Shown here: positions 9,697 to 18,984 of the stretch, piece by piece
How positions within the stretch are numbered: position 1 is the first letter of the stretch
Layout: each line of letters opens with the position of its first letter
Assembly: GCA_021635485.1 (NCBI GenBank)
Contig: JAJWOH010000002.1
Coordinates: forward strand, 5,523 to 69,522
Source of the DNA: Segatella copri
GTDB lineage: Bacteria; Bacteroidota; Bacteroidia; Bacteroidales; Bacteroidaceae
Reading direction: 5' to 3'
Length of the DNA stretch: 64,000 nt
Translations under genes and position numbers: made by a program
The notes under the pieces: model-generated
What the model was told of the DNA's origin: nothing
What the model saw: only the letters and a program-made list of their open reading frames with translations
The model's database searches: none

Positions 9697-11238
9697 ATGA
9701 TTAAAGCATTTGAAAATTTAGAGGTATGGTTTGTAACTGGTGCACAGCTTCTTTACGGAGGCGAAACAGTTAAGATAGTTGATGGTCACTCAAAGGACAT
9801 GGTAGATGGTCTGAACAACAGTGGCATCATCCCAATCAAGGTAGTTTACAAGGGCACAGCTAACTCTTCTGCAGAAGTAGAGGCTGTCATGAAGGCTGCC
9901 AACAACGATGAGAAGTGCGTAGGTATCATCACATGGATGCACACCTTCTCTCCAGCTAAGATGTGGATCAAGGGCTTGCAGGCTCTCGAGAAGCCTCTCC
10001 TCCACTTCCACACTCAGTACAATGCAGAACTCCCTTGGGATTCTATCGATATGGATTTCATGAACCTCAACCAGTCAGCCCACGGCGACATCGAGTTCGG
10101 TCACATCTGCACCCGTATGCGCATCCCTAGAAAGGTAGTTGTAGGTTACTGGAAGAGCGAAGAGGCTCAGAAGCAGATTGCAACTTGGGCTCGCGTAGCT
10201 GCCGGTGTTGCTGATGCTCACAACGTACGCTGCCTGATGTTCGGTATGAACATGAACAACGTAGCCGTAACTGATGGCGACCGCGTAGAGTTCGAGCAGC
10301 GCTTGGGTTACCACGTAGATTACTACCCAGTATCTTCACTCATGGAGTACTACAAGAAGGTAACTGATGCTGAGGCAGATGCACTCGTTGAGGAGTACAA
10401 GAAGGAATATACCATCAAGATTGATGAGTCTGGCGAGGAAGTATATTGGGAGAAGGTAAAGAACGCTGCTAAGGCTGAGATTGCTCTCCGTCGCGTATTG
10501 AAGGATGAGAATGCAGTAGCATTCACAACCAACTTCGATGACCTCGGTGACGCTAACATCGACGATCCAAACTTCTGCGGTTTCGACCAGATTCCTGGTT
10601 TGGCTTCACAGCGCCTGATGGCAGAGGGTTACGGTTTCGGTGCTGAGGGTGACTGGAAGACAGCTTGCCTCTATCGCACACTCTGGGTTATGAACCAGGG
10701 CTTGGAGAAGGGTTGCTCATTCCTCGAGGACTACACACTCAACTTCGCTGAGGACCGTACATCTAGCCTCCAGAGCCACATGCTCGAGGTTTGCCCATTG
10801 ATCGCAACAGACAAGCCAAAGCTCGAGGTTCACTTCCTCGGCATCGGTATCCGCAAGCAGCAGACTGCCCGTTTGGTATTCACATCTAAGACAGGTAAGG
10901 GTGTTAAGGCAACTGTAGTTGACCTCGGCAACCGTTTCCGTCTCATCGCAAGTGAGGTAGAGTGCATCGAGCCAAAGGCAATGCCTAAGCTCCCTGTAGC
11001 TTCAGCTCTCTGGGTTCCACAGCCAACCTTCGAGATTGGTGCAGGTGCTTGGATCCTCGCTGGTGGTACTCACCACAGTGCATTCTCTTACGATATCACT
11101 GCTGAGTACTGGGAAAACTTCTGCGAGATCCTGGGTATTGAGTTCGTCAACATCGACAAGAACACAACTATCAGCAGCTTCAAGCAGCAGCTCCGCAACA
11201 ACGAGATTTACTACATGCTCAACAAGGCATTGAGATAA
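9697..11238 (+). CDS. araA: L-arabinose isomerase
   Basis: WMHTFSPAKMW, MNLNQSAHGD, GFGAEGDWKTA, HMLEVCP, AGGTHH. Confidence 0.97.
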   Translation: MIKAFENLEVWFVTGAQLLYGGETVKIVDGHSKDMVDGLNNSGIIPIKVVYKGTANSSAEVEAVMKAANNDEKCVGIITWMHTFSPAKMWIKGLQALEKPLLHFHTQYNAELPWDSIDMDFMNLNQSAHGDIEFGHICTRMRIPRKVVVGYWKSEEAQKQIATWARVAAGVADAHNVRCLMFGMNMNNVAVTDGDRVEFEQRLGYHVDYYPVSSLMEYYKKVTDAEADALVEEYKKEYTIKIDESGEEVYWEKVKNAAKAEIALRRVLKDENAVAFTTNFDDLGDANIDDPNFCGFDQIPGLASQRLMAEGYGFGAEGDWKTACLYRTLWVMNQGLEKGCSFLEDYTLNFAEDRTSSLQSHMLEVCPLIATDKPKLEVHFLGIGIRKQQTARLVFTSKTGKGVKATVVDLGNRFRLIASEVECIEPKAMPKLPVASALWVPQPTFEIGAGAWILAGGTHHSAFSYDITAEYWENFCEILGIEFVNIDKNTTISSFKQQLRNNEIYYMLNKALR

Positions 11239-11258
11239 TTTTTAATGTATTATAAGAA

Positions 11259-12851
11259 ATGAGCGCAAAAACTATTATAGAATCAGGTAAGGCCATTCTC
11301 GGTATCGAGTTTGGCTCTACCCGAATCAAGGCTGTCTTGATCGACACCGACAATAACCCTATCGCACAGGGTAGCTTTGAGTGGGAAAACCAGTTGGTTG
11401 ATGGTCTCTGGACTTACAGCATTGACACAATCTGGAAAGGTTTGCAGGATTGTTATGCCGACCTCCGCAAGAACGTGAAGGCTGAGTACGACTGCGAAAT
11501 CAAGCAGTTGGCAGCCATCGGTATTTCTGCGATGATGCACGGCTACATGGCTTTCGGTAAGGATGAGAACATTCTCGTTCCTTTCCGCACATGGCGTAAC
11601 ACCAATACAGCCAAGGCTGCAGCTGAACTTTCAGAGCTCTTCCACTTCAACATCCCATTGCGTTGGAGTATCTCTCACGTATATCAGGCTATCCTGAATG
11701 GTGAGGACCACATCAACAAGATTGACTTCCTTACCACTCTCGCCGGTTATATCCACTGGCAGCTCACAGGCAAGAAGGTTTTGGGCGTAGGCGATGCATC
11801 AGGTATGCTCCCTATCGACTCTAACACCAACAACTACGATGCAGAGATGGTAGCTAAGTTCGATAAGCTCATCGAGCCTAAGAACCTGGGCTGGAAGATT
11901 CTCGACATTCTCCCTGAGGTATTGAACGCAGGCGAAGATGCAGGCGTATTGACCGAGGAAGGTGCAAAGAAGCTCGACCCATCAGGCACACTCCAGGCAG
12001 GTACCCCACTCTGTCCTCCAGAGGGTGATGCAGGTACAGGTATGGTAGCTACCAACGCTGTACGTCAGCGCACAGGCAACGTCAGTGCAGGTACTTCATC
12101 TTTCTCTATGATTGTATTGGAGAAAGCCTTGAGCCAACCTTACGAAGTCATTGATATGGTGACTACTCCAGACGGTAGCCCTGTAGCCATGGTTCACTGC
12201 AACAACTGTACTTCCGACCTCAATGCATGGGTAGGTTTGTTCAAGCAATATCAGGAGTTGCTCGGTGTGCCAGTAGATATGAACGAGGTATTCGGCAAGC
12301 TCTACAACCACGCTCTTGAAGGCGATGCTGATTGCGGAGGATTGATTGCTTACAACTATATCTCAGGTGAGCCTGTAACAGGTTTGGCTGAAGGTCGTCC
12401 AATGTTCGTACGTTCTGCCAACGACCACTTCAACCTTGCCAACTTCATGCGTGCCAACCTCTACGCTTCAGTAGCAGTATTGAAGATTGGTAACGATGTT
12501 TTGTTCAAGGACGAGAAGGTACAGGTAGATCGCATCACAGGTCATGGCGGTTTGTTCAAGACCAAGGGTGTAGGTCAGCGCATCCTCGCTGCAGCCATTA
12601 ACTCCCCTATCTCTGTCATGGAGACAGCAGGCGAAGGTGGTGCATGGGGTATCGCACTGCTCGCAGGTTATCTCGTAAACAACGAAGAGAAGTTGAGCCT
12701 GGCAGATTATCTCGACAAGAAGGTATTTGCAGGCAATACTGGTGTAGAGATTGCACCTACTGCCGAAGATGTAGCCGGTTTTGATAAATATATTGAAACC
12801 TACAAGGCTGGTCTTGCTATCGAAAAGGCAGCAGTTGAGAACAAAAAGTAA
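11259..12851 (+). CDS. araB: FGGY-family sugar kinase (L-ribulokinase)
   Basis: [40 protein letters not shown]; directly after araA. Confidence 0.88.
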   Translation: MSAKTIIESGKAILGIEFGSTRIKAVLIDTDNNPIAQGSFEWENQLVDGLWTYSIDTIWKGLQDCYADLRKNVKAEYDCEIKQLAAIGISAMMHGYMAFGKDENILVPFRTWRNTNTAKAAAELSELFHFNIPLRWSISHVYQAILNGEDHINKIDFLTTLAGYIHWQLTGKKVLGVGDASGMLPIDSNTNNYDAEMVAKFDKLIEPKNLGWKILDILPEVLNAGEDAGVLTEEGAKKLDPSGTLQAGTPLCPPEGDAGTGMVATNAVRQRTGNVSAGTSSFSMIVLEKALSQPYEVIDMVTTPDGSPVAMVHCNNCTSDLNAWVGLFKQYQELLGVPVDMNEVFGKLYNHALEGDADCGGLIAYNYISGEPVTGLAEGRPMFVRSANDHFNLANFMRANLYASVAVLKIGNDVLFKDEKVQVDRITGHGGLFKTKGVGQRILAAAINSPISVMETAGEGGAWGIALLAGYLVNNEEKLSLADYLDKKVFAGNTGVEIAPTAEDVAGFDKYIETYKAGLAIEKAAVENKK

Positions 12852-12930
12852 ATAAACGATAAATACGTTTGTGGGGATTCCTCCTCCACAAACGTATTAT
12901 ACTAAAAATCGACAACAATTAATAAGAACA

Positions 12931-14505
12931 ATGATGAAGAAACTATTCGCTACCACATTGCTTTCAACAGCAGTTGCATTCTCAGCACAAGCTCAGGATG
13001 TAACAGGAACAATCCATGCCAACCAGGGAACACAGAAAATCAATAAAGAGATTTATGGCCAGTTTGCCGAGCATCTCGGAAGTTGTATCTATGGTGGTCT
13101 TTGGGTAGGTCCTGATTCTAAGATTCCTAACACTCAGGGTTACCGCAACGACGTGCTCCAAGCCCTCAAGGACCTGAAAGTGCCTGTATTAAGATGGCCT
13201 GGAGGATGCTTCGCTGACGAGTATCACTGGATGGATGGTATCGGTCCACGTGAGAACAGACCAAAGATGCAGAACAATAACTGGGGTGGTACCATCGAGG
13301 ACAACTCTTTCGGTACACACGAGTTTCTGAATCTCTGCGAGATGTTGGGTTGCGAGCCTTACATCAGCGGAAACGTGGGTTCCGGCACAGTTGAGGAATT
13401 GGCAAAGTGGGTAGAATATATGACCAGCGATGGAGATACTCCTATGGCAAAACTTCGCCGACAGAACGGCCGCGACAAGGCATGGAAGGTGAAATATCTC
13501 GGTGTTGGTAACGAAAGTTGGGGCTGCGGTGGCAACATGCGTCCTGAGTATTATTCAGATCTCTTCCGCCGCTACTCTGTTTATTGCCGCAACTATGACG
13601 GGAACCAGCTCTATAAGATTGCATCTGGAGCGAGCGATTACGATTATAACTGGACTAAGGTATTGATGGACCGTATCGGCAACCGTGCCAACGCCATCTC
13701 TCTACATTATTATACAGTAACTGGCTGGTCAGGCAGCAAGGGTTCTGCCACCAAGTTCAACAATGAGGATTACTATTGGACCCTGGGCAAGGCGCTCGGC
13801 ATAGAAGATGTTATCAAGAAGCACGAGGCTATCATGGACAAGGCTGACCCAAAGAAGCAGGTAGCCCTCCTCGTTGACGAATGGGGAACCTGGTGGGATG
13901 AGGAGCCTGGCACTATCAAGGGCCACCTCTATCAGCAGAACTGTATGCGCGATGCCTTCGTTGCAGCACTCTCGCTGAATGTATTCCACCGTCATACAGA
14001 ACGTGTGAAGATGACCAACATCGCACAGATTGTCAATGTGCTCCAGTCTATGATCCTGACAGATACAAAGGGAACAGGTCACATGGTTCTGACTCCAACC
14101 TATCATGTATTCAACATGTACAAGGACTTTCAGGAGGCAACCTATCTCCCAATGGACGTGAAGTGCGACTCCATGGATGTTCGCGGCGATGATCATGCCC
14201 GAGACGGAAGAAAGATTCCATTGGTATCTACTTCAGCAGCCAAGAAGGCAGATGGAACTATCGTGGTTTCTCTTGCCAATGTCAGTCTTGACAAGGCTCA
14301 GCAGGTAGAGTTCAATCTGGATGGTGCAGCTGCTCCAAAAACCGTAACAGGACAGATTCTTTCCTGCAACAAGGTGAGCGATTACAACGACTTCGAACAC
14401 CCGGATGTGGTAAAACCAGCAGCATTTAAGGATGCAAAAGTAAAGAAAAACACCCTTAAGGTAAAAATTCCGGCAAAATCTATCGTAGTTTTGAAAATAA
14501 AGTAG
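12931..14505 (+). CDS. abfA: Alpha-L-arabinofuranosidase, GH51, with signal peptide
   Basis: [34 protein letters not shown]; signal MMKKLF...AQA. Confidence 0.93.
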   Translation: MMKKLFATTLLSTAVAFSAQAQDVTGTIHANQGTQKINKEIYGQFAEHLGSCIYGGLWVGPDSKIPNTQGYRNDVLQALKDLKVPVLRWPGGCFADEYHWMDGIGPRENRPKMQNNNWGGTIEDNSFGTHEFLNLCEMLGCEPYISGNVGSGTVEELAKWVEYMTSDGDTPMAKLRRQNGRDKAWKVKYLGVGNESWGCGGNMRPEYYSDLFRRYSVYCRNYDGNQLYKIASGASDYDYNWTKVLMDRIGNRANAISLHYYTVTGWSGSKGSATKFNNEDYYWTLGKALGIEDVIKKHEAIMDKADPKKQVALLVDEWGTWWDEEPGTIKGHLYQQNCMRDAFVAALSLNVFHRHTERVKMTNIAQIVNVLQSMILTDTKGTGHMVLTPTYHVFNMYKDFQEATYLPMDVKCDSMDVRGDDHARDGRKIPLVSTSAAKKADGTIVVSLANVSLDKAQQVEFNLDGAAAPKTVTGQILSCNKVSDYNDFEHPDVVKPAAFKDAKVKKNTLKVKIPAKSIVVLKIK

Positions 14506-14610
14506 TATCTTTGAAGGCGAAAAAAGGAAGTATCCTTCTTTTGAGTAGCCTTCAGAGCTAGAAAAACGTAACATTTCAGCAGAAATAACAACAATAATTA
14601 TTATAAAATT

Positions 14611-16632
14611 ATGAACGATATTAAAGTAATGAATCATGCAGCAGATAACATCCGTATCTTGGCTGCGTCAATGGTAGAAAAGGCTAATTCTGGTCACCCA
14701 GGTGGTGCTATGGGTGGTTCTGACTTCATCAACGTACTCTTTTCTGAGTATTTGGTATATGATCCAGCAGATCCAACATGGACTGGCCGTGACCGTTTCT
14801 TCCTCGACCCAGGTCACATGAGCCCTATGCTCTATGCTGGTTTGGCTATGCGCGGTTTCTTCTCAATGGAAGACCTCAAGCAGTTCCGCCAGTGGGGTTC
14901 TGTAACTCCAGGTCACCCAGAGCTCGACCTTCAGCGTGGTATCGAGAACTCATCTGGTCCTCTCGGTCAGGGTCATGCCCTTGCAGCTGGTGCAGCTGTA
15001 GCAGAGAAGTTCCTCGAGGCTCGTCTGGGTTCAACCATGATGCAGCACAAAATCTACGCATACATCTCTGATGGTGCTGTAGAGGAGGAAATCTCTCAGG
15101 GTGTTGGTCGTATCGCTGGTAACCTCGGTTTGAACAACCTCATCATGTTCTACGATTCTAACGACATCCAGCTCTCTACAGAGTGTGGCGTTGTAATGAA
15201 CGAGGATACAGAGATGAAGTACAAGGCTTGGGGCTGGAATGTCATCAAGATCAACGGTAACGACGTAGCTCAGATTCGTGAGGCGCTCGATGCTGCTCAG
15301 AAGGAGCAGGATCGCCCTACCCTCATCATCGGTAAGACTGTAATGGGTAAGGGTGCCCTCCGCGCAGACGGCACAAGCTACGAGGCTTGCATCAATACTC
15401 ACGGTGCTCCTCTCGGTGGCGACGCTTACGTAAATACAATCAAGCACCTCGGTGGTGATCCTGAGAATGCATTCGTTATCTTCGACGATGTAAAGGAAAT
15501 CTACGCTAAACGTGCTGAGGAGCTGAAGAAGATCGTTGCTGAGCGCAAGGCTGCAGAGGCTGAGTGGCGCAAGGCTAACCCAGAGAAGGCTGCCCAGATG
15601 GATGAGTGGTTCAGCGGCAAGGCTCCTAAGGTAGACTGGAGCAAGGTTGAGCAGAAGGCTGGTTCAGCTACACGTGCAGCATCTGCTGCTTGTCTCGGTG
15701 TTTTGGCAGAGCAGGTTCCTAACATGATCTGTGCTTCTGCTGACCTTTCTAACTCAGATAAGACAGACGGTTTCTTGAAGAAGACCAAGAGCATCGTTCG
15801 CGGTGACTTCTCAGGTGCTTTCTTCCAGGCAGGTGTTGCTGAGTTGACAATGGCTGATATGTGTATCGGTATGATGCTCCACGGTGGTGTGGTTGCAGCA
15901 ATGGGTACATTCTTCGTATTCTCTGATTATATGAAGCCAGCTGTTCGTATCGCAGCCCTTATGCAGGTTCCTGTTAAGTTCATCTGGACTCACGATGCAT
16001 TCCGTGTTGGTGAGGATGGACCTACTCACGAGCCAGTTGAGCAGGAGGCACAGATCCGCCTGATGGAGAAGTTGAAGAACCACGCAGGCAAGGATAGCGT
16101 TCGCGTATTCCGTCCAGCTGATGCTGACGAGACTACAGTTTGCTGGAAGCTCGCTATGGAGAATGTTGAGACTCCTACAGCTTTGATCTTCTCTCGCCAG
16201 GGCATCGCCAAGTTGCCAGAGGGAACAGACTATGAGCAGGCAGCCAAGGGTGCTTACATCGTAGCAGGCAGCGACGAGAATCCAGACGTTATCTTGGTAG
16301 CTAGCGGTTCTGAGGTTTCTACATTGGAGGCTGGTTGCGATGCTTTGCGTGCTGACGGCATCAAAGTTCGCGTGGTAAGTGCTCCATCTGAGGGCTTGTT
16401 CCGTGGTCAGAGCAAGGAGTATCAGGAGAGCGTATTGCCAAAGAACGCTAAGATCTTCGGTATGACTGCCGGTCTTCCTGTAACACTCCAGGGTCTCGTT
16501 GGTGCCAACGGTAAGGTTTGGGGTATGGAGAGCTTCGGTTTCTCTGCTCCTTACAAGGTGCTCGATGAGAAGCTCGGTTACACAGGCGAGAATGTTTACA
16601 AGCAGGTTAAGGATTTCTTGGCTGAAGCTTAA
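14611..16632 (+). CDS. tkt: Transketolase
   Basis: SGHPGG, RDRF, TPGHPE, GPLGQG, GEDGPTHEPVEQ. Confidence 0.97.
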   Translation: MNDIKVMNHAADNIRILAASMVEKANSGHPGGAMGGSDFINVLFSEYLVYDPADPTWTGRDRFFLDPGHMSPMLYAGLAMRGFFSMEDLKQFRQWGSVTPGHPELDLQRGIENSSGPLGQGHALAAGAAVAEKFLEARLGSTMMQHKIYAYISDGAVEEEISQGVGRIAGNLGLNNLIMFYDSNDIQLSTECGVVMNEDTEMKYKAWGWNVIKINGNDVAQIREALDAAQKEQDRPTLIIGKTVMGKGALRADGTSYEACINTHGAPLGGDAYVNTIKHLGGDPENAFVIFDDVKEIYAKRAEELKKIVAERKAAEAEWRKANPEKAAQMDEWFSGKAPKVDWSKVEQKAGSATRAASAACLGVLAEQVPNMICASADLSNSDKTDGFLKKTKSIVRGDFSGAFFQAGVAELTMADMCIGMMLHGGVVAAMGTFFVFSDYMKPAVRIAALMQVPVKFIWTHDAFRVGEDGPTHEPVEQEAQIRLMEKLKNHAGKDSVRVFRPADADETTVCWKLAMENVETPTALIFSRQGIAKLPEGTDYEQAAKGAYIVAGSDENPDVILVASGSEVSTLEAGCDALRADGIKVRVVSAPSEGLFRGQSKEYQESVLPKNAKIFGMTAGLPVTLQGLVGANGKVWGMESFGFSAPYKVLDEKLGYTGENVYKQVKDFLAEA

Positions 16633-16789
16633 TTAGTTTGATAAGTTAGGAGTTAGAAGTTTGGTATCAGTTTTTGTCATAAGGCAAGCATCTGGTTTCC
16701 AGCATCTAACTCCTATCACTCTTTTATATTAACCTTGTGATGTAATGAAGGGTTTGCTCTTCGTTCTTCACTTAAAAAACTTAAGTATT

Positions 16790-17233
16790 ATGGAAGTAAA
16801 GACAGTTGGTATTGCATGCGATCACGCAGGTTTTCCATTGAAGCAATTCGTATTGGAATATTTGGAGAAGAAGGGTTATCCTGTAAAGGATTATGGTACA
16901 TACAGCGATGCGAGTGTAGACTATCCTGACTTCGGTCATGCTCTTGCTAATGGCATTGAGAGCGGCGAAGTTTATCCAGGTATCGGCATTTGCGGCAGCG
17001 GCGAAGGTATCGCCATGACATTGAATAAGCATCAGGGTGTACGTGCCGGATTGGCATGGTGCAAGGAGATTGCTCATTTGGTTCGTCAGCACAACGATGC
17101 CAACGTATTGGTACTTCCAGGTCGTTTCGTAGACAACAAGACCGCCGAGGCTATTCTCGACGAGTTCTTTGCCACAACATTCGAGGGTGGCCGTCACGAG
17201 CGCCGCGTTAAGAAGATTCCTGTTCAGCAGTAA
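16790..17233 (+). CDS. rpiB: Ribose-5-phosphate isomerase B
   Basis: ACDHAG, VDYPD, CGSGEG, HNDANVL, FEGGRHERRV; start at ATG 16790. Confidence 0.95.
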   Translation: MEVKTVGIACDHAGFPLKQFVLEYLEKKGYPVKDYGTYSDASVDYPDFGHALANGIESGEVYPGIGICGSGEGIAMTLNKHQGVRAGLAWCKEIAHLVRQHNDANVLVLPGRFVDNKTAEAILDEFFATTFEGGRHERRVKKIPVQQ

Positions 17234-17259
17234 AGTTCTGAATGGATAAAAAAGAATTA

Positions 17260-17295
17260 AGGCTGAGTCATCGCATGATGGCTCAGCCTATTTTT
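17260..17295 (+). terminator. Intrinsic terminator after rpiB
   Basis: AGGCTGAGTCATC-gcat-GATGGCTCAGCCT then ATTTTT. Confidence 0.8.
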
Positions 17296-17387
17296 ATGGA
17301 AGACGGACATACCAAGAAGATTTTTACGACACATGAACAACTTCAATAAATGTACGCAAGCGTAATATACAATCGCTGAATACGGAA

Positions 17388-17549
17388 GAAGTTGTCGGAA
17401 AAGACAGATGAAGTTGTCGGAAAAGATAGTATAGGTTATCGGAGAAGTTAACTCCGTAGGCCGCACAACAGCTGTTGTGCGCTTGCATAACAGCTGATAT
17501 GCGCTCGCACAACACCTGTTGTGCATGCGTAGACCAGCTGATGGGCGCA
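17388..17549. repeat. Two adjacent 22-bp tandem arrays; the second is made of palindromic units
   Basis: 3x GAAGTTGTCGGAAAAGACAGAT-like (17388-17453) and 4x CGCACAACAGCTGTTGTGCGCT-like (17462-17549). Confidence 0.85.
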
Positions 17550-17653
17550 TACAGCAAACCAACATGACTCTCTGATGTTTTTATCAATCATTTTGCCACA
17601 AAAAACACAGTCCTATTTGTTATCTTACCGGAACAACCCTATATCAAAGAAAC

Positions 17654-17685
17654 AAAAAAAGGGATGCCACACTAGGTGACATCCC
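17654..17685 (-). terminator. Intrinsic terminator after gyrA-TPR genes
   Basis: A7 then GGGATGCCAC...GTGACATCCC on + strand (hairpin plus U7 on - strand). Confidence 0.75.
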
Positions 17686-17721
17686 CCTATGAGAATCAAA
17701 TACTTATTTGAAGCTTAAACT

Positions 17722-18930
17722 TTACTTGCTCTCAGCCTCAGCCTGCTTGGTCTCTGCTGCGTTAGGACCATAGTAGCCATAGTAAGCCTGGTAACGGGTG
17801 TAACCCCAGTTAGCCTGAGCCTTCTCTGGATCGAGCTGCTTAGCCTTGTCGAGAACCTTGATAGCCTCCTGGTAAACAACCTTGCGGCCGTTAGGATCCT
17901 GCAAGTTACCAGCCTTGCTGTTGTAGCAAGCACCCAGATAAGTAAGAACAACTACGTTATCCTCCTTTGCAGCAAGAGCCTGCTTCAAACACTTGATAGC
18001 GTTGTCTGCATCGTTCTTCTGGATATACATCATACCCTTGTTGGCAAGAGCTACAAAGTTGTTAGGGTTCTTTGCAATAGCTGCGTCCAAAAGTTCAGTC
18101 TGCTCCTTCTCCATCTTCAATGAAGAGTACATAGAGTTCAAACCATCAAGAACAACCTCATTGGTCTCGTCCTTTGCAAAGATATCCTTGAGCTTGTTAA
18201 CATAGGCAAGAGAATCCTCGTGAGTCTTCAAGCCGTCCTTCATTACATAGAGCTTGAGGTTGAGGGCATCCTTAGCCTCCTTCTCACTCTTCATGGCGAT
18301 GTCGCAATACTTCTCACAACGGGCAGCATCCTTAGCCTGGTATGCATAACGGGCTGCAAAGAGAGCTACCTGACCGATATAGTCCTTCTCGCTATCCTTC
18401 TGCTTCTGGTCTACAGAAGCGAAGAGAGGCTCATTGTCTGTATCGAGGAATGCACCCCAATACTTCAATACCTCATCAGCCTTATTGTTCTGGGCTGCTG
18501 TCTGACCCGCATTAACGAGCTGAACACGAGCACCCCATACACGGCTAGCGTTGTTGTTAAACTTAGGAGCAACCTTACCCTTAGCGTTAGGAAGCTGGTC
18601 GTACTTGTAGCACTCAATAGCATTGATCAATGCATTGTAAGCGCCCTCAGACATAGCAGCCTCGTCTACCGGGTCGTTCTTCTTCATGATCTGATTGGTC
18701 TGCTGGATGCTCTGCTGGTCGTTGAACTGCTTCATAGCGAGATCAACGAGCTTGTTGTAAGCCTTGGCCTTCTCTGCATCGTTAGCCATCTGACCCAAAT
18801 TCTGCTTAACCAAAGCCTCAGCCTCGGCATAAGACTTAGCCTTCATGACAGCCTTGAGAGCGTCACTGTCGCCTGCGAATGCTGATGTGGCACCTAGTAC
18901 CATCATTGCAGCTACTAAAAACTTTTTCAT
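17722..18930 (-). CDS. Secreted tetratricopeptide-repeat protein
   Basis: Signal peptide MKKFLVAAMMVLGATSAFA; C-terminal TPR-like helices; directly downstream of gyrA. Confidence 0.8.
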   Translation of the reverse strand: MKKFLVAAMMVLGATSAFAGDSDALKAVMKAKSYAEAEALVKQNLGQMANDAEKAKAYNKLVDLAMKQFNDQQSIQQTNQIMKKNDPVDEAAMSEGAYNALINAIECYKYDQLPNAKGKVAPKFNNNASRVWGARVQLVNAGQTAAQNNKADEVLKYWGAFLDTDNEPLFASVDQKQKDSEKDYIGQVALFAARYAYQAKDAARCEKYCDIAMKSEKEAKDALNLKLYVMKDGLKTHEDSLAYVNKLKDIFAKDETNEVVLDGLNSMYSSLKMEKEQTELLDAAIAKNPNNFVALANKGMMYIQKNDADNAIKCLKQALAAKEDNVVVLTYLGACYNSKAGNLQDPNGRKVVYQEAIKVLDKAKQLDPEKAQANWGYTRYQAYYGYYGPNAAETKQAEAESK

Positions 18931-18984
18931 TTTTCTTAATGAGTTTAAAAGTTGTTGTTATTTATTTTTTACGCGTCTTTTCTT

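Noticed and set aside
17388..17549. Possible CRISPR array
   Set aside because: Units are contiguous with no unique spacers, are only 22 bp and degenerate, and no cas genes are present
17257..17587. Short - strand ORFs (102 and 87 aa)
   Set aside because: They run through tandem repeats and a terminator; no protein-like features
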